Below are positions 25,561 through 38,719 of a DNA stretch of 64,000 nt, one piece after another. The notes below the pieces were generated by a model. That model did no database searches and was not told where the DNA came from. It was given only the letters and a program-made list of their open reading frames with translations. Source of the DNA: Lama guanicoe (taxonomy: Eukaryota); contig MU056050.1 of NCBI GenBank assembly GCA_013239625.1, forward strand, positions 916,084 through 980,083. The letters are read 5' to 3'. Position numbers and translations under genes: made by a program. Numbering within the stretch: the stretch's first letter is position 1; each line of letters starts with the position of its first letter.

Positions 25561-27829
25561 TTATACTTTTGTTTTATTGCAGTTCATGCTCCCAAGGACC
25601 AGCCCCAGGTTGGGGGCCCGTTTTGCTGTTTATGTGTGGATGTGATCATAAGCATGGGATTTGCTTATCTGTTCCCAGTTTGCTTTCTCTACTAAGTCCT
25701 TATCTCATTATTTCTCATTCCATTTCTGACACTAAGGTAGTATACTTTCCCAGCTTTATCTTACCTTAGTATTGTCAGTCTCTGTTTTTGTTTCTTTCTG
25801 TTCGTGTTTATGGGGGTTAGGTACATGTTATACATAGGCACTTTCCCTGATTTATTTTGCCTTCAGACCTTTGATTTGTACCATGGAGAAGATGTCATAT
25901 GTATGACTTCTGAAGTCCATTAAGCCTCTAAGATTTGGTAAACAGTAGTTGTGCAGTACTGCAGTACTATTCCCCTTTAAGAAAGAGCTGGATTTTAATT
26001 TTCATAGGCTCGAGGTTCATCTTGCCATTTGCTTATTCTGATATGTCTTATTGGAGTTGATGGAGTTGCAAATCAAGCTTCCTTTGAGAAATAGAAATGA
26101 CCTTATTTAATTTAGATAGTTTTTTATGTTAATGTGCATTATTTATAAAGGATTCACTTTGAGGAATTCAATTTGCAGCATGAATAGTTCAATTTCCAGG
26201 TATAGTATGATTTGGGCCACAGTTTAATTACAGTTAAGAAGTATCATGGAACCAGTGAAGCATTTGGATAACAAAATCCAGCAAATATTTGTAAAAATGT
26301 ATGGAGCCCCCCCCAAAATCCATAAAAAATGTTGTCTATAAATAACAAGTAAATGGCACTTAAAAATATCTCAGAATTCAAAGTTGAGATGATAGACAAT
26401 TTTGTGTTTGTTTTCTTGACTTTGGAGGTATCTTGGCAGAAACAGTGTTAACAGGAAGTTAAATTTTCTGTAAAAGTACATTTAACTGTACCTTAGCTTA
26501 ATGATTTTTATTATGGGGCTCATTTATAAATCATACATAAAAGAGAATGTTACTAACTGTGGGTCCTGTGCTTTGGATCATGCAGTGTACTATTCTTTGT
26601 TTAGGCTTAGGATTGCATTTATGATTCCAGATGGCAGTTGTTATAAGAGGCAATTTGCCAAAAGTATACCTAATTAATATTCATTTAATGTGCACAAAAG
26701 TCAAAGGACTTCATCTTTTTACTTCCCTTTAATGTCTTTCAGATGCTCCCCATGCATACTTTGTGCTAATTCATTTTTCCTGGCATGCACACTTTCCTGT
26801 CAGATTTTCCTTATTCAGACATCCACTTACATGAGTTCCTGGCTTTTAGTAAAGTCTAGAAATGCATCAGTCAGGGAAAATCACCAAATTGTTCCCTATG
26901 CACAAAAGCAGGCTTCCAATTGCAGTTACCTCGGTTAGGAACCTTAGAGGATTTGAGGCTTTTTATGCAGCATTAAGGTTAGTGGCCTGCACATAATATT
27001 GCAATTATTAAATCCTAGCAGTACTACATTGAGTAAGAGAAAAATGAATGTCTTTGAGGATCTTATGTTCCACATCCACAAGGCAAGTGTAATCCATACA
27101 AACTATTTATATAAAGAAGATAATTTGACACACTGGAATTAACTAATTATTAATGCATTTAAAGCCGTCAACTAACTCAGCAGCATATGAAAAACTCAGT
27201 TCTAACGAAGCTCTCTTCTCTGGTCTCCACATCAAGGACAACGGTTGAGAGGTTTATCTTGAAAGTATCACTGAGCTTATCTGAACTTTTGGGTCCCTTG
27301 CTATGGAAGCCACTTTAGCTCTGTACTCTAGTGTTACTTTAGCAAGGATGAAAATAACAAAAAAGTTCCCAGAGAGTGGGAATAAAATTGCAAAAAAACA
27401 GGACATATAAAATCGACTGCCCTTCCTTATTTTTATACAATGAAGCAACTAAAATGTCTCTGCCTAGTAAATAAGGTTGAGGTCCTCAGATACTTCTGAT
27501 GAGATATGGTCTGGGTACCAGAAGTAGGCTTCAGTTTAGTAGAGATGTTTTATTATGGCAGGTATTCTCAGCAAAAGGCATGAAATCCTCCAGCCCTTGG
27601 GATAACTGGCCTATAGACTTCTGGTTATCCCCAGAAGTGGTTCATCACTTTTGCACCTTAATCTGATTCTGTTTTGGGGTCCACACACATCTCTTGCTTG
27701 TTTTTCTCATAAAGCAAGAATACTGACAAAGTGATTTTCAAGCCCTCTTAAATGCCTAAATCTCATTATTAACAGAAATTGTTCAAATTTTTGGATAATA
27801 TAATAAGGATTCATTCTGTCACAGCATAC

Positions 27830-28285
27830 TCGAGTCATTCAGGACCTCAGCAGAAAACAAATGGAACATTCATATTACAAAAATTTAAGAAGGGTTCATT
27901 TACAAAGGGGCTGTTCACAAAGGTGTGGAACCACAAGAGACAGTGCAAGAACCAAGAAAGTTGACATTTTTACCGTCCCTAGTCCCGGGAGACAAAGGAG
28001 GGAGTGGTTACTGGCACACAGATGGAGAGGGTTCCTGTGAAGCTGGCTGCTGAGAGCAGTGACTGTCTTTTGAGACAGACAGCCAGAGTAAAACCTCGTA
28101 AGAAGGGAACAAGGGGAATGAATACTCTGACCTTACTCTGTTTTTTCACTCTGGTCTTCGGCCGATACTCCCCATTGGCTGAACCCAACTGAAATCCAGA
28201 GGGCAGGTTATTTCAGTGATGTAGTCCATACAGAGCAGGCTCCTGAGGCATAAAGCCAGAAAGAAGAGAATGAGTCTGGGCCCGC
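27830..28285 (-). mobile_element. ERVL LTR (LTR33-like)
   Basis: cagcagaaaacaaatggaacattc, gggctgttcacaaaggtgtgg, ctccccattggctgaacccaactgaaatccagagggcagg, gatgtagtccata. Confidence 0.7.
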
Positions 28286-28289
28286 AGTT

Positions 28290-28710
28290 TTATTTATTTA
28301 ATGAGTATGATGTGTTAGACTCCTATATATTATTATTTCAATCTTATAATAACTCCATAAGGGAAATTTTATTAGACCCATTTTACTAATGAGAAGTTGA
28401 AACATAATGAGTCTAATTAATTTGACCTGGGTCACACAGATAATTAACCTCAAGTCTGGGCTCAGATAAGATTCAGTATTTCTTCTCTGCAAAACTCATT
28501 GTTATTAACTAGCGTTTATTGAGAGGTTATTGAGTCTAATTCTTCTAAGAGGTAGCTATTACCATTATCTCCATTTGTCAGATAGGAAAACTGAAGCCCA
28601 GGATAAGTTAAATAGTTTACCCAAGATTATAGATCTAGTAGATAATAGTAGGATTTAGACCCAGAAAGTCTGGTTTTCGAACTCATGTTGTTAAACAATT
28701 ATACTGTGCC
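28290..28710 (-). mobile_element. Two tandem MIR SINEs
   Basis: Two MIR cores: cccattttactaatgagaagttgaa and ctccatttgtcagataggaaaactgaagcccag. Confidence 0.65.
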
Positions 28711-29715
28711 ATGTGTTGGTCTCATTTGTTTTCTAAACTAATTAGATTTTGTTTGTTTATCCTTTCTTTTATTGGACAAAATGGTAATTATAATAGCTTA
28801 TATGATTCTTTTCCTTGCAAGTCAAGTCCTGTCCTAGGCTTTAAATAAAAAATGGTGGTTGTTAATACACTGCCTCAGTTCTACTTACCTGTCCCAAAGA
28901 AAGGAGCAATCCTTCCCTTTACCTTGGTAACTGTAGCCTTTTATTCCTGTCTAGACCAGGATTTCACCTCTAGGATTCAGGAACTGAGTTTGTGCTCTGT
29001 ACCATTAGGATGGCAAAATAGCCTTATGCTTGAGCTGGTTGTGAGAAATATCTTCCTTAAATATTTTCAAATTCTGAACCAAAGTATACCTTTTACTTTC
29101 TTTAATGGAAATAAACCCTAAACCACCACCATCACTACCATAAAAAATTATTGGAGTGGGTGCTTCTAAATCTGTTTTAATAGCATTAAAAAAAGTCCTA
29201 AATACTATTCGGTCCTAGTTCCCGGAGTAGATGACTATATTATAATTTACATTATTTTAGATACCTGTATAACACATAGTAATTTTAGACAACGTGTACA
29301 TATAAATGACAAGAAGAACATAAATAGTGATCTATAATGTTACAAAGATGAGCACAGTTTACAATTTGATGTAACTTTTGGAATATTATCTTTTTATGCA
29401 TATATGAATTAATTTTGTTGGAAGTTTAAAATACATACTTAAAATAATCTTAAAAATACACACATTATTATTGCTCTTTTGAGAATAAAAATATGTAATG
29501 CAGTTAAACAAAAGGAATCAAAATATAAATTAACCCAGAGCTAACCAGTGTTAATGTTTTGATTATTATCTTTCCAGGTTACTTTATATGCATATGTGTG
29601 CATGTGTATACCTGGGAACATTGAACAAAAGTGACATCATGTTGTACATATTATTTGTGGCCTGATTTATGACTACACAGTATTCCCTATTTGGGGCTAC
29701 TACTTTAATTTCTTA

Positions 29716-32700
29716 AAAAAAATTTTTTTTTAGAAATTCTAGTATAGTTGATTTACACTATTGTGTTAGTTACAGATGTACAACAAAGTGATTTAGTTTT
29801 ATATGTATTTGTTTTTCAGATATTGAATATAGTTCCCTGTACAATACAGTAAATCTTTGTTGCTTAGCTATTTTTATATATAGTAGTTTGTGTCTTTTAA
29901 TCCCATATACCTAATTTATCTCTCTTCCTCCCTTTCCCCTTTGTAACCATAAAGTTTTTTATGTCTGTTTCTGTTTTGTATATACATTCATTTGCATTAT
30001 TTTTAGATTCTGCATTTAAGTGATATCATATAATATTTGTCTTTAAACTTACTTCACTTAGTATAATATTCTCTAGGTCCATCCATGTTGCTCCAAATGG
30101 CATTATTTCATTTTTTTTTATTGCTGAGTAATATTCTATGTGTATATATAAACACCACATCTTCTTAAGCCAGTTGTCTGTTGATGGGCACTCAGGTTGT
30201 TTCCATGTCTTGGCTATTGTAAATAATGCTGCTGTAAACATTGGAGTGCATGTATCTTTTCGCATTAGAGTTTTTGTCTTTTACAGTTGTATGCCTTGGA
30301 GTGGGATTGCTGGATCATAGGGTAACTCTATTTTTAGTTTATTAAGGGACCTCCATACTGTTTTTCCGTAGTGGCTGCACCAATTTATATTCCCCCCAAC
30401 AGTGTAGGAGGGTTCCCTTTTCTCCACACCCTCTCCAGCATTCATCATTTGTAGACTTTTTGATGATGCCCATTCTGATCAGTGTGAGGTGATACTTCAT
30501 TGTCATTTTGATTTGCATTTCTCTAATAATTAGGGACATTGACCATCTTTTCTTGTGCCTGTTGGCCATCCATATGTCTTCTTTGGAGAAATGTCTATTT
30601 AGATCTTCTGCCTATTTTTTGATTGGGTTTTTTTTTCAATATTAGTTGTATGAGCTGTTTGTATGTTTTGATAATTAAGCCCTTGTCAGTTGCATTATTT
30701 GCAAATATTTTCTCCCATTCCATAAGTTGTCTTTTTGTTTGTTGATGGTTTCATTTTCTGTGCAAAAGCTTGTAAGTTTGATTAGGTCCCATTTGTTTAT
30801 TCTTGCTTTAATACCTGTTGCCTGAGTAGACTGCCTTAGAAGAACAATGTTAAGATTTATGTCAGAAAACATTTTGCCTACATTTTCTTCTAGGAGGTTT
30901 ATAATGTCTTGTCTTATGTATAAGTTTTTAAGCCATTTTGGGTTTATTTTTGTATACAGTGTGAGGGAGTGTTCTAATTTCACTGATATAGTTGTAGCTG
31001 TCCAGCTTTCCCACTTGTTGAACAGACTGTCTTTTCTTCATTGTAATTTTTGCCTCCTTTGTCATAGATAAATTGACTGTAGGTGCATATATTTATTTCT
31101 AGGCTCTCTATTCTGTGCCATTGTTCCATGTGTCTAGTTTTGTGCTAGTACCATGCTGTTTTGATTATTGTAGCTTTGTGGTGTAGTCTGAAGTTTGGAA
31201 GGGTTATGTCTCCAGCTTCGTTCTTTTTCCTTGGATTTACTTTGGCAATTCTGGGTCTTCTGTGGTTCCATATACATTTTAGGATTATTTGTTCTAGTTC
31301 TGTGAAAAATTTCATGGGTATTTTGATAGAGATTGCATTAAATCTGTAGATTGCTTTGGATAGTCTGGCCATTTAAAAAATATTGATTCTTTCAATCTAA
31401 GAGCAAGGGATATCTTTCCATATCTTTCCAGTATCCTTTTTCAGTGTTCTGTAGTTTCATTGTATAAGTCTTTCACCTCCTTGGTGAAGTTTATTCCTAG
31501 GGTTTTTTTTTTGTTGTTGTTGTTACACAATTTTAAGTGGGATTTTTTTTTTTTTTACTTTTTGATGTTTCATTGTTAGTGTAAATAAATGCAACAGATT
31601 TCTGTGTATTAATCTTGTATCCTGCTACCCTACTGAATTCATTTATTAGATTTCATAGTTTTTGTGTGGAGTCTTCTCATTGTTTTTGTGTAGAGTCTTT
31701 AGGATTCTCTAGAGTATTATGTCATCTGCAAATTGTGACAGTTTTTCCACTTCTCTTCCAGTTTGGATATGTTTTATTTCTTCTTCTTGTCTGATTACTG
31801 TGGCTAGGACATCCAATACTTTGTTGAGTAGAAGTGGTGAGAGTGAGCATCCTTGTCTTGTTCTTGAAATTAGTGGGAGGCTTTCAGCTTTTCACCATTG
31901 AATATTATGTTGGCTGTGCGTTTGTCATAATTGGCTTTTATTATGTTGACATATGTTCCATCTGTAACCCACTATGGTGAGTTTTTATCATGAATGGATG
32001 TTGAATTTTGTCAGATGACTTTTCTGTGTCTATTGAGACGGTCATGTGATTTTTGTCTTTTTCTTTTGTTAATGTGGTGTATCATGTTGGTTGATTTACA
32101 TATGTTGAACCATCTTGTGACCCTGGAATGAATCTAACTGGATTGTGGTGTATGTCCCTTTCTGTGTATTGTTAGATTCGGTTTGCTAATATATTCATTG
32201 AGGATTTTTGCATATATATTCATCAAAGATACTGGCCTATAATTTTCTTTTTTTGTAGTGTCTCTGTCTGGTTTTGGTGTCAAGGTGATACTGCTGAGTA
32301 CTCCTTCCCAGAGCCTGTCCACCTGAGACTCAGCATCTAGCTGCTGTGCATTTTTGTGGTGCCACCTGGTGTATGTGCTGACAAAGTCCACCATGGCTGG
32401 ACCCTTGCACCCCCCACCCCCATTTTGTACAAGTTCATGATGAGCTCTGTGTCTGGATTCAAACCCTGCCACCTGCACATTGACAGTTGACTCCATTGCT
32501 CAGCCTGGACCACAGCCCAGGCCCTTAGTCCTGTCTCCATGCAGCTGAATCAAGTCCTCTCCCAGGGTCTGTCTGCTTGAGATTCAGTGCTTAGCTACTG
32601 CACGTATTTGTGGTCCCACCTGGTATTTGCTTTGGACTGGGAAGTGTGGTGAGGTGGCAGCTGTCAGAGCAGGTCTCTCTTTGCCCCTGATTGTTGGCAA

Positions 32701-33060
32701 GCCAGCATGTGTGCGCTCCTTACCAGTAGAGCCTAGCCTTCTCCAGCCCTTTGAGTCTGTCGCAGTGGATTTCCTAATAGGCAAGGTGGCTCTCCAGGAC
32801 AAAGGCCTGCCTGTGGGGACCTTCTCTCCTTTACAGATCCCTCCTAGGGGCACCAGTCCTGTCCTGATACCCTTTATTGAAAAATCCTACCTTGTTACGT
32901 GGAGATCTTCCTTGCAGCTTTGGTTGTATAGGAGATCTTCTGCCAGTTTCCAGTTGGATTTCTGTGTGAATTGTTCTGCATGTAGATATATTTTTGATGT
33001 GTTTTTGGGGGGAGGTAGGCTCCCAGTCCTCCTCCCATTCTGCCATCTTGATTCCTCTCC
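29716..33060 (-). mobile_element. Cetartiodactyl-type LINE-1: 5' UTR fused to ORF2 at the start of the RT region, ORF1 and endonuclease absent
   Basis: 5' end GGAGAGGAATCAAGATGGCAGAATG; junction near 32295 into [26 protein letters not shown]; many ORF2 peptides; A-rich tail; TSD ttaatttctta (29705-29715) / ttagtttctta (33061-33071). Confidence 0.93.
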
Positions 33061-33146
33061 TTAGTTTCTTATTTTTGATATTTATATTAAAAATTTTATA
33101 TTACATATATAGTTAAATATTAGTGATTTTCCATGGTGACTTCTTT

Positions 33147-33340
33147 TTTTTTTTAAGAAATAGAAAATTTCACTTGCTTTTATTATTAGACAGAATAACA
33201 TACTTTAGGTTCAAGCTGTTCGTTTTTGTCTTCCTCTTTGGAGTAAAATTTTCTCTAGATACCCTGCACCTATTTCCCCAACCATGACATAGTCAGAACA
33301 TATTCTTCTGCTTAACATTAGTTGCTAAGCAGACTATATA
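33147..33340 (-). pseudogene. Short polyadenylated retro-insertion of non-L1 sequence (3' UTR retrocopy or orphan transduction), source unknown
   Basis: Poly(T) to 33154, AATAAA on the minus strand at 33179-33184, 15-bp TSD catggtgacttcttt (33132-33146) / catggtgatttcttt (33341-33355). Confidence 0.7.
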
Positions 33341-33359
33341 CATGGTGATTTCTTTATGC

Positions 33360-33640
33360 TAAATCTCAGAATTAAAATTTATGGGTCAAAGAGAATGGGC
33401 ATTTTTAAGCTTTTCATTTGTTTTTCAAATTATCTCTCAAGAAGAGTTACATTTTACATTCTTACTGATAGTGCATAAAAGTACGCATTTTTCTACACAC
33501 TTATCTACACTGGATATTACTATTTTAAAAAAGATGATATGAATTTAAGGTAATAAAATAGTATTTTTAAAATTTATTTTTCTTTTATCACCAATACATC
33601 GGGGTTTGTGTGTGTGTGTTTGTGAATTGCCTGTTGATAC
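33360..33640 (-). mobile_element. Old L1ME-type fragment
   Basis: atgggtcaaagagaatgggcattttta and attttacattcttactgatagtgcata, degenerate antisense ORF2 end. Confidence 0.5.
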
Positions 33641-36600
33641 AAGTGAGGAAGTGAAGCTATCTTGTGTAAGAAAGATTATTTCATGGAATGAGTATATTTA
33701 TAGTACATAGGCTGGATCTGCATGGGCAAAAGTAAGATAGCTAGTGTAATATTAAAAAGTATTCATCATAAGCTTAAATAGTTGAACAGGATGTGATTTC
33801 TTAAAGGGTAAATATTGATATCTTAAAATAAAACAGTTGTATCCTTCATTTAAATGTTTCAATCACATCTAAATGCCACAGTGATTTGATTCCGTACTGT
33901 CATCTATTTGAAAAATACATGAACAAGTTCAAAATACATAAACGCTTGGAAGCTTTATATCATTCCTTTTTTTCTTTTAACTCATTTTCCCATTCTGTAC
34001 TTCTGATATTATTTTATCTTTATTTATATGATTTTGTGCTTAAAATCATGTTGATAATTATTATAGTTCTCTGGTAAAATATGTTTATAAATTTAATTTT
34101 TTTCTTTATATAGTTCTAACTGTTAAAATTTTTCTACTGGAATGAGCTACCATTACAAATTTTTAGAGCATAGCCGATCAAAACAACACAAGTATATCAG
34201 TGTTTTGACAGATAGTTTAAAAATGCTATTTAAAATGTATCTCTTAATGAAGTGATTGGGAGCAGTTTTTTCAATTAGTTTTTTTTTTCAATTTGGAGAT
34301 AAATTTTATTTTTTATAAGAATAAGACAGGTTTTATCTTTTTTCTATTTTTTATTTTTAGAGTATGTAAGCATAGAGGAATTTGTTCTCATACACAATTA
34401 GATGTGAAAGGGAAGGATATTGTTATAGCAGTGTCTCTTAATCCTTTGAACTCTTTTTGAGTTACATGCCAAAAATCACATACTGGTTTATCATTGAAAA
34501 TTATTTTAATAATCTGTCAGCTGACAATTCAATTAAGTTCTTCAATTTTGTTAAAAGCAAAGAAATAGAAATCATCTAAGTTGCACAAGGATATTACTCA
34601 GCCATTAGTCATTCATTTTATCAACTTCATTAACATAATTTCACATTGTCTCTTTGACACACCACAGATTTTTCCATCCTGTGGCAATGCACTGTAGTGA
34701 AATCAATGATGGCTGAGAGGTATGCTTTTTTCTTCTTTTTTTTTTTTTGGTGAAGTGGGCAAAGGGGATTGTGAATAGAGAGCTGGAAAAAGAATCTGCA
34801 GATTGCAGGTGTGCTCTTAGGTAGGTAACTATTAGCAAGAATTGACATGAAAATTGAGAGTCTGAAATTGATGATCTGAAAAATCTCCATTTTTTCACAC
34901 TCTTTGGAAATTTTATGTACTTCCAGAGGTATGTGTACCGAGTTTTATGATCTTTGGTTTGGAATGTGATATACCACTGCTTCATGTCCATTAGTATTCT
35001 TTCCCTCAATAAAATTATAAAGTCCTTGATTGCACAAACTGTATGTTTATATCTTCTTTCCACCTGGCATGTTTGTGGATATGCAATAGAAGCTCAATAG
35101 GTATTGAGTTAATCTTAATAGATTCTTAAGACTATTCTTCCTATAAAATGAGAACTGAGGTAACATATAAGCATAGTTGAAGAAAAAGTGGTGGCAGTTC
35201 TAGGAGACTGCAACAAAAGCAGCAAATGGACATTAGAATACAATCAACCAAAGGCATTTTCTGGATCAGAATCATGGTCAAACATCTTCCTATTTTCACA
35301 GGAAAATCAGTAGTAATTTTAGATACTTTTTGTTTTTTTCAGTGGACTTGGTGGTTTTGAGGAACTTTCTACCTGAATGCCTCTCGTGCTTCGGGACCCA
35401 ATGCCCATGTTTAACTTTGTCCTTAAATCAGTTCTGACTTCTTTGCTTTTTTCAGTTTCTCTGAACTATTTATAACCTGTTACATATAATTTAGAGCTTA
35501 ATTATATACTATGCTGCATTGTTTGAAGTTGTGTCCTAAATTTGCCTAGTTACCCCAAGTAGTTCAAAGGCAGAGATTAAGTTTTATTGTGTATGGCAAA
35601 TTATAAATATGTGAAGTTTGAAAGTCCTCCTAAAGTGTAGTATATAGCATGACTCTGTCAGAAAAAATTGGAGTTCTTAGAAATGCTGGAAAGAAGTTGG
35701 TTAAGGATCAGATAAATACCTCCCCCCCACTTTATATTTAGTATTATCTTTAAGATTCTTTATACTTTGTTAGTTTATTATCAATTAAATGGAAAATATT
35801 TTGTTATTTATAATAAGAGGTATTGACAGCAGCCTTGATTACTCAGTCATTTAGCACCTGTATAATTACCAAGCACAGAACTAAATCCACTGCAGATTTT
35901 GGTCATTACAGCTGAAGATCCATTAGGTGGTTGGTACTATTAAACTTTCAGTGTTATAAAGACTTCTATCTTAATGTAAGAGCTAATAACCTTGAAACCA
36001 TTTCCTGTCATTGTTTCCCCTAAATATAATCATTTCTATTTTTTAACAAGGAAACATTTTCGACATTGTATCTTCTTCCTTGTGACTGAGCCATCCCATG
36101 GAGTTATAGCCAGGTAGGGAAATGATCAAACTTTGAAGTCGTTAAGAGTTTTCCTGAAGTGCAAGTTTCTGCATAAGCATTTTCTCTCCTCTATTAGATC
36201 AATGTTTCTTGATATATTTGGTTTTAATGTTAAAAATTAATGAATTTTCTTTAACTTTTATGGTAACATTTTACAATAACATTGAGGCTAATCAGAAATA
36301 AAACAAATACAAAATAAAGACAGTGGCTGTAAAAGGAATGAGAGTAGGAATTTATTTACATATCACCCTATCCTCGAAAATTATTGCTCTGCTTTGTAAC
36401 TTCCTGACATAATCTGTTTCTCATATATCTAGCATTGTCTGGCATAGTACAGGCATTGGACAAACGTTTTTGAATGATTGAATTAAAACTGCAATGATTG
36501 TGCCTTAGATAATTCATCCTATAACTTGATAATAGAGCATATATAGCTATTAATAGTGATATTTTAGAACTATGTTTGAAATGTTAAGATGTTCTTGACA

Positions 36601-37807
36601 TACTATTGAATGAGCAAAGAAGATTAAAAATATTACCAATGAAATTTTGTACACATATAACTGTATGCATATATGTGTCTGTACGTTTATGTGGTTCAGA
36701 TTAGCAGGCTACAGCTTTAGATGTGTTAAACTAGTTTTATTCTATGATTAAATCCAGGTCAGATACAAAAATTGAATCTGGGTGTTTCCAGGATCGTATT
36801 AGCCACAATTGTCTTTTTATTATTTGAAGAAACCTTGCTCTTTGATAGATTTTCATATCTTGAGAAAATGTATCCTTAGCAAAATTCTTGAGACCTCTTC
36901 AGTCATATGTTCTCATGGTCACTCCTGCCACTAATTTCTGGCTTCCACTGAACTTTCAGTCTTACTCTTACCTCACCTACCATTTTTTTTAACTTTTTTT
37001 TTATTGAGTAATAGTCATTTTACAATGTTCTGTGAAATTCCAGTGTAGAGCACAATTTTTCAGTTATATTTGAACATACGTATATTCATTGTCACTTTTT
37101 TTTTTTTGCTGTGAGCTACCACAAGATCTTGTATGTATTTCCCTGCGGTATACAGTATAATCTTGTTTATCTATTCTACATTTTTAACTCCCAGTCTGTC
37201 CCTTCCCACCCCCTATCCCCTTGTCAACCACAAATTTGTATTCTATGTCTATGAGTCTGTTTCTGTTTTGCATTCTTTTTTTTTTTTTTTTTTAAGATTC
37301 CACATACGAGTGACACCACATGACATTTTTCTTTCTCTTTCTGGCTTACTTCACTTGGAATGACATTCTCCAGAAACATCCATGTTGCTGCAAATGGCGT
37401 TATGTTGTCGATTTTTGTGGCTGAATATTATTCCATTGTATAAATATACCACCACTTCTTTATCCTGTCATCTGTTGGTGGACATTTAGGCTGCTTCCAT
37501 GTCTTGGCTATTGTAAATAGTGCTGCCATGAACATTGGGCTGCAGGTGTCATTTTGAAGTAGGGTTTCTTTTGGATATATGTCCAGGAGCAGGATTCCTG
37601 GGTCATATCGGAAGTCTATTCCTAGTCTTTTGAGGAATCTCAATACTGTTTTCCACAGTGGCTTTCTTTGCTTCCCTCTCCCACTCTTAATGATTTAGAT
37701 GTCTTCTTTTACAATTTTGTGTTAATTCTATTATTTGTAATTCATGGTAGTTATCACCTTTCCAGTTATGAGTTTTTCATTTTTGTAGCATCCTGCTTCT
37801 TTTCTAT

Positions 37808-38706
37808 TTAGAGTAGAACTGTCAATATTTCTTTTAGCATGGGTTTAGTGTTGCTAAAGTCTTTTAGTTTTTGCTTGTCTGTGAAGTTCTTTACCTCTCC
37901 TTCTATTCTAAAGGATAGCCTTGCTGGATAGAGTATCCTAGGCTGCATCTTTTTTTCATGCAGGACTTTGAATATATCTTGCCACTCCCTTCTGGCCTGT
38001 AGTGTTTGTGTAGAGAAATCAGCTGAGAGCCTTATGGGGGTTCCCTTGTAACTCACTCTTTGTTTTTCTCTTGCTGCCTTTAGGATCATTTCTTTATCCT
38101 TGACTCTGGCCATATTGATGATGATATGTCTTGGTGTGGATCTGTTTGGGTTCTTCCTGTTTGGGACCCTCTGAGCCTCCTGTCCTTGGATATCTGATTC
38201 CTTCTTTAGGTTTGGGAAGTTTTCAGTCATGATTTCTTCCAATACCTTTTCAATCCCCTCTGTTCTTTCTTCCCATTCTGGAACCCCTATTATGTGTAGA
38301 TTGGCACACTTTATATTATCCCATAGGTCCCTTATCTTGTTTTCATTGTTTTTTATTTGTTTTTCTTTCAGCTGTTCTGACTGGGTGCTTTCTGTTGTCT
38401 TGTCTTCTAGGTCACTTATTCGTTCCTCTGCATTATCTAGCCTGCTTTGTACAGCCTTTAGGTCAGCTCTCTTCTCAGCAAATGAGTTTACTAATTCTAC
38501 TTGGCTCTTCTTTATAGCTTCTATTTCATTTTTGACCTATTTTATATCTCTAAACACTATTTCTTTTAGTTCCTTCAGTACTTTGATCAGTCCTTTTTTG
38601 AAATCTTGATCTAGCAGGCCATCAGTTTCTATTTCCTTGATTGTCTTTCAGGGGATTTCTCTTGCTGTTTTAATTGGGAGTGGTTCCTCTGCTTCATATT
38701 GCTCAT
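37808..38706 (-). pseudogene. LINE-1 ORF1p, full-length but disrupted
   Basis: MSNMKQRNHSQLKQQEKSPER..., one frameshift near 38643 and one TAG at 38539-38537, then open: coiled coil, DLWDNIKCANLHIIGVPE, ENFPNL, STPRHIII, PIRLSADFSTQTLQARREWQDIF, ILYPARLSF. Confidence 0.9.
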
Positions 38707-38719
38707 ATCTCTCTGGCAC

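Noticed and set aside
38229..38609. 126-aa hydrophobic, Ser/Phe-rich + strand ORF resembling a membrane protein
   Set aside because: It is the antisense shadow of the A-rich L1 ORF1 coiled-coil region.
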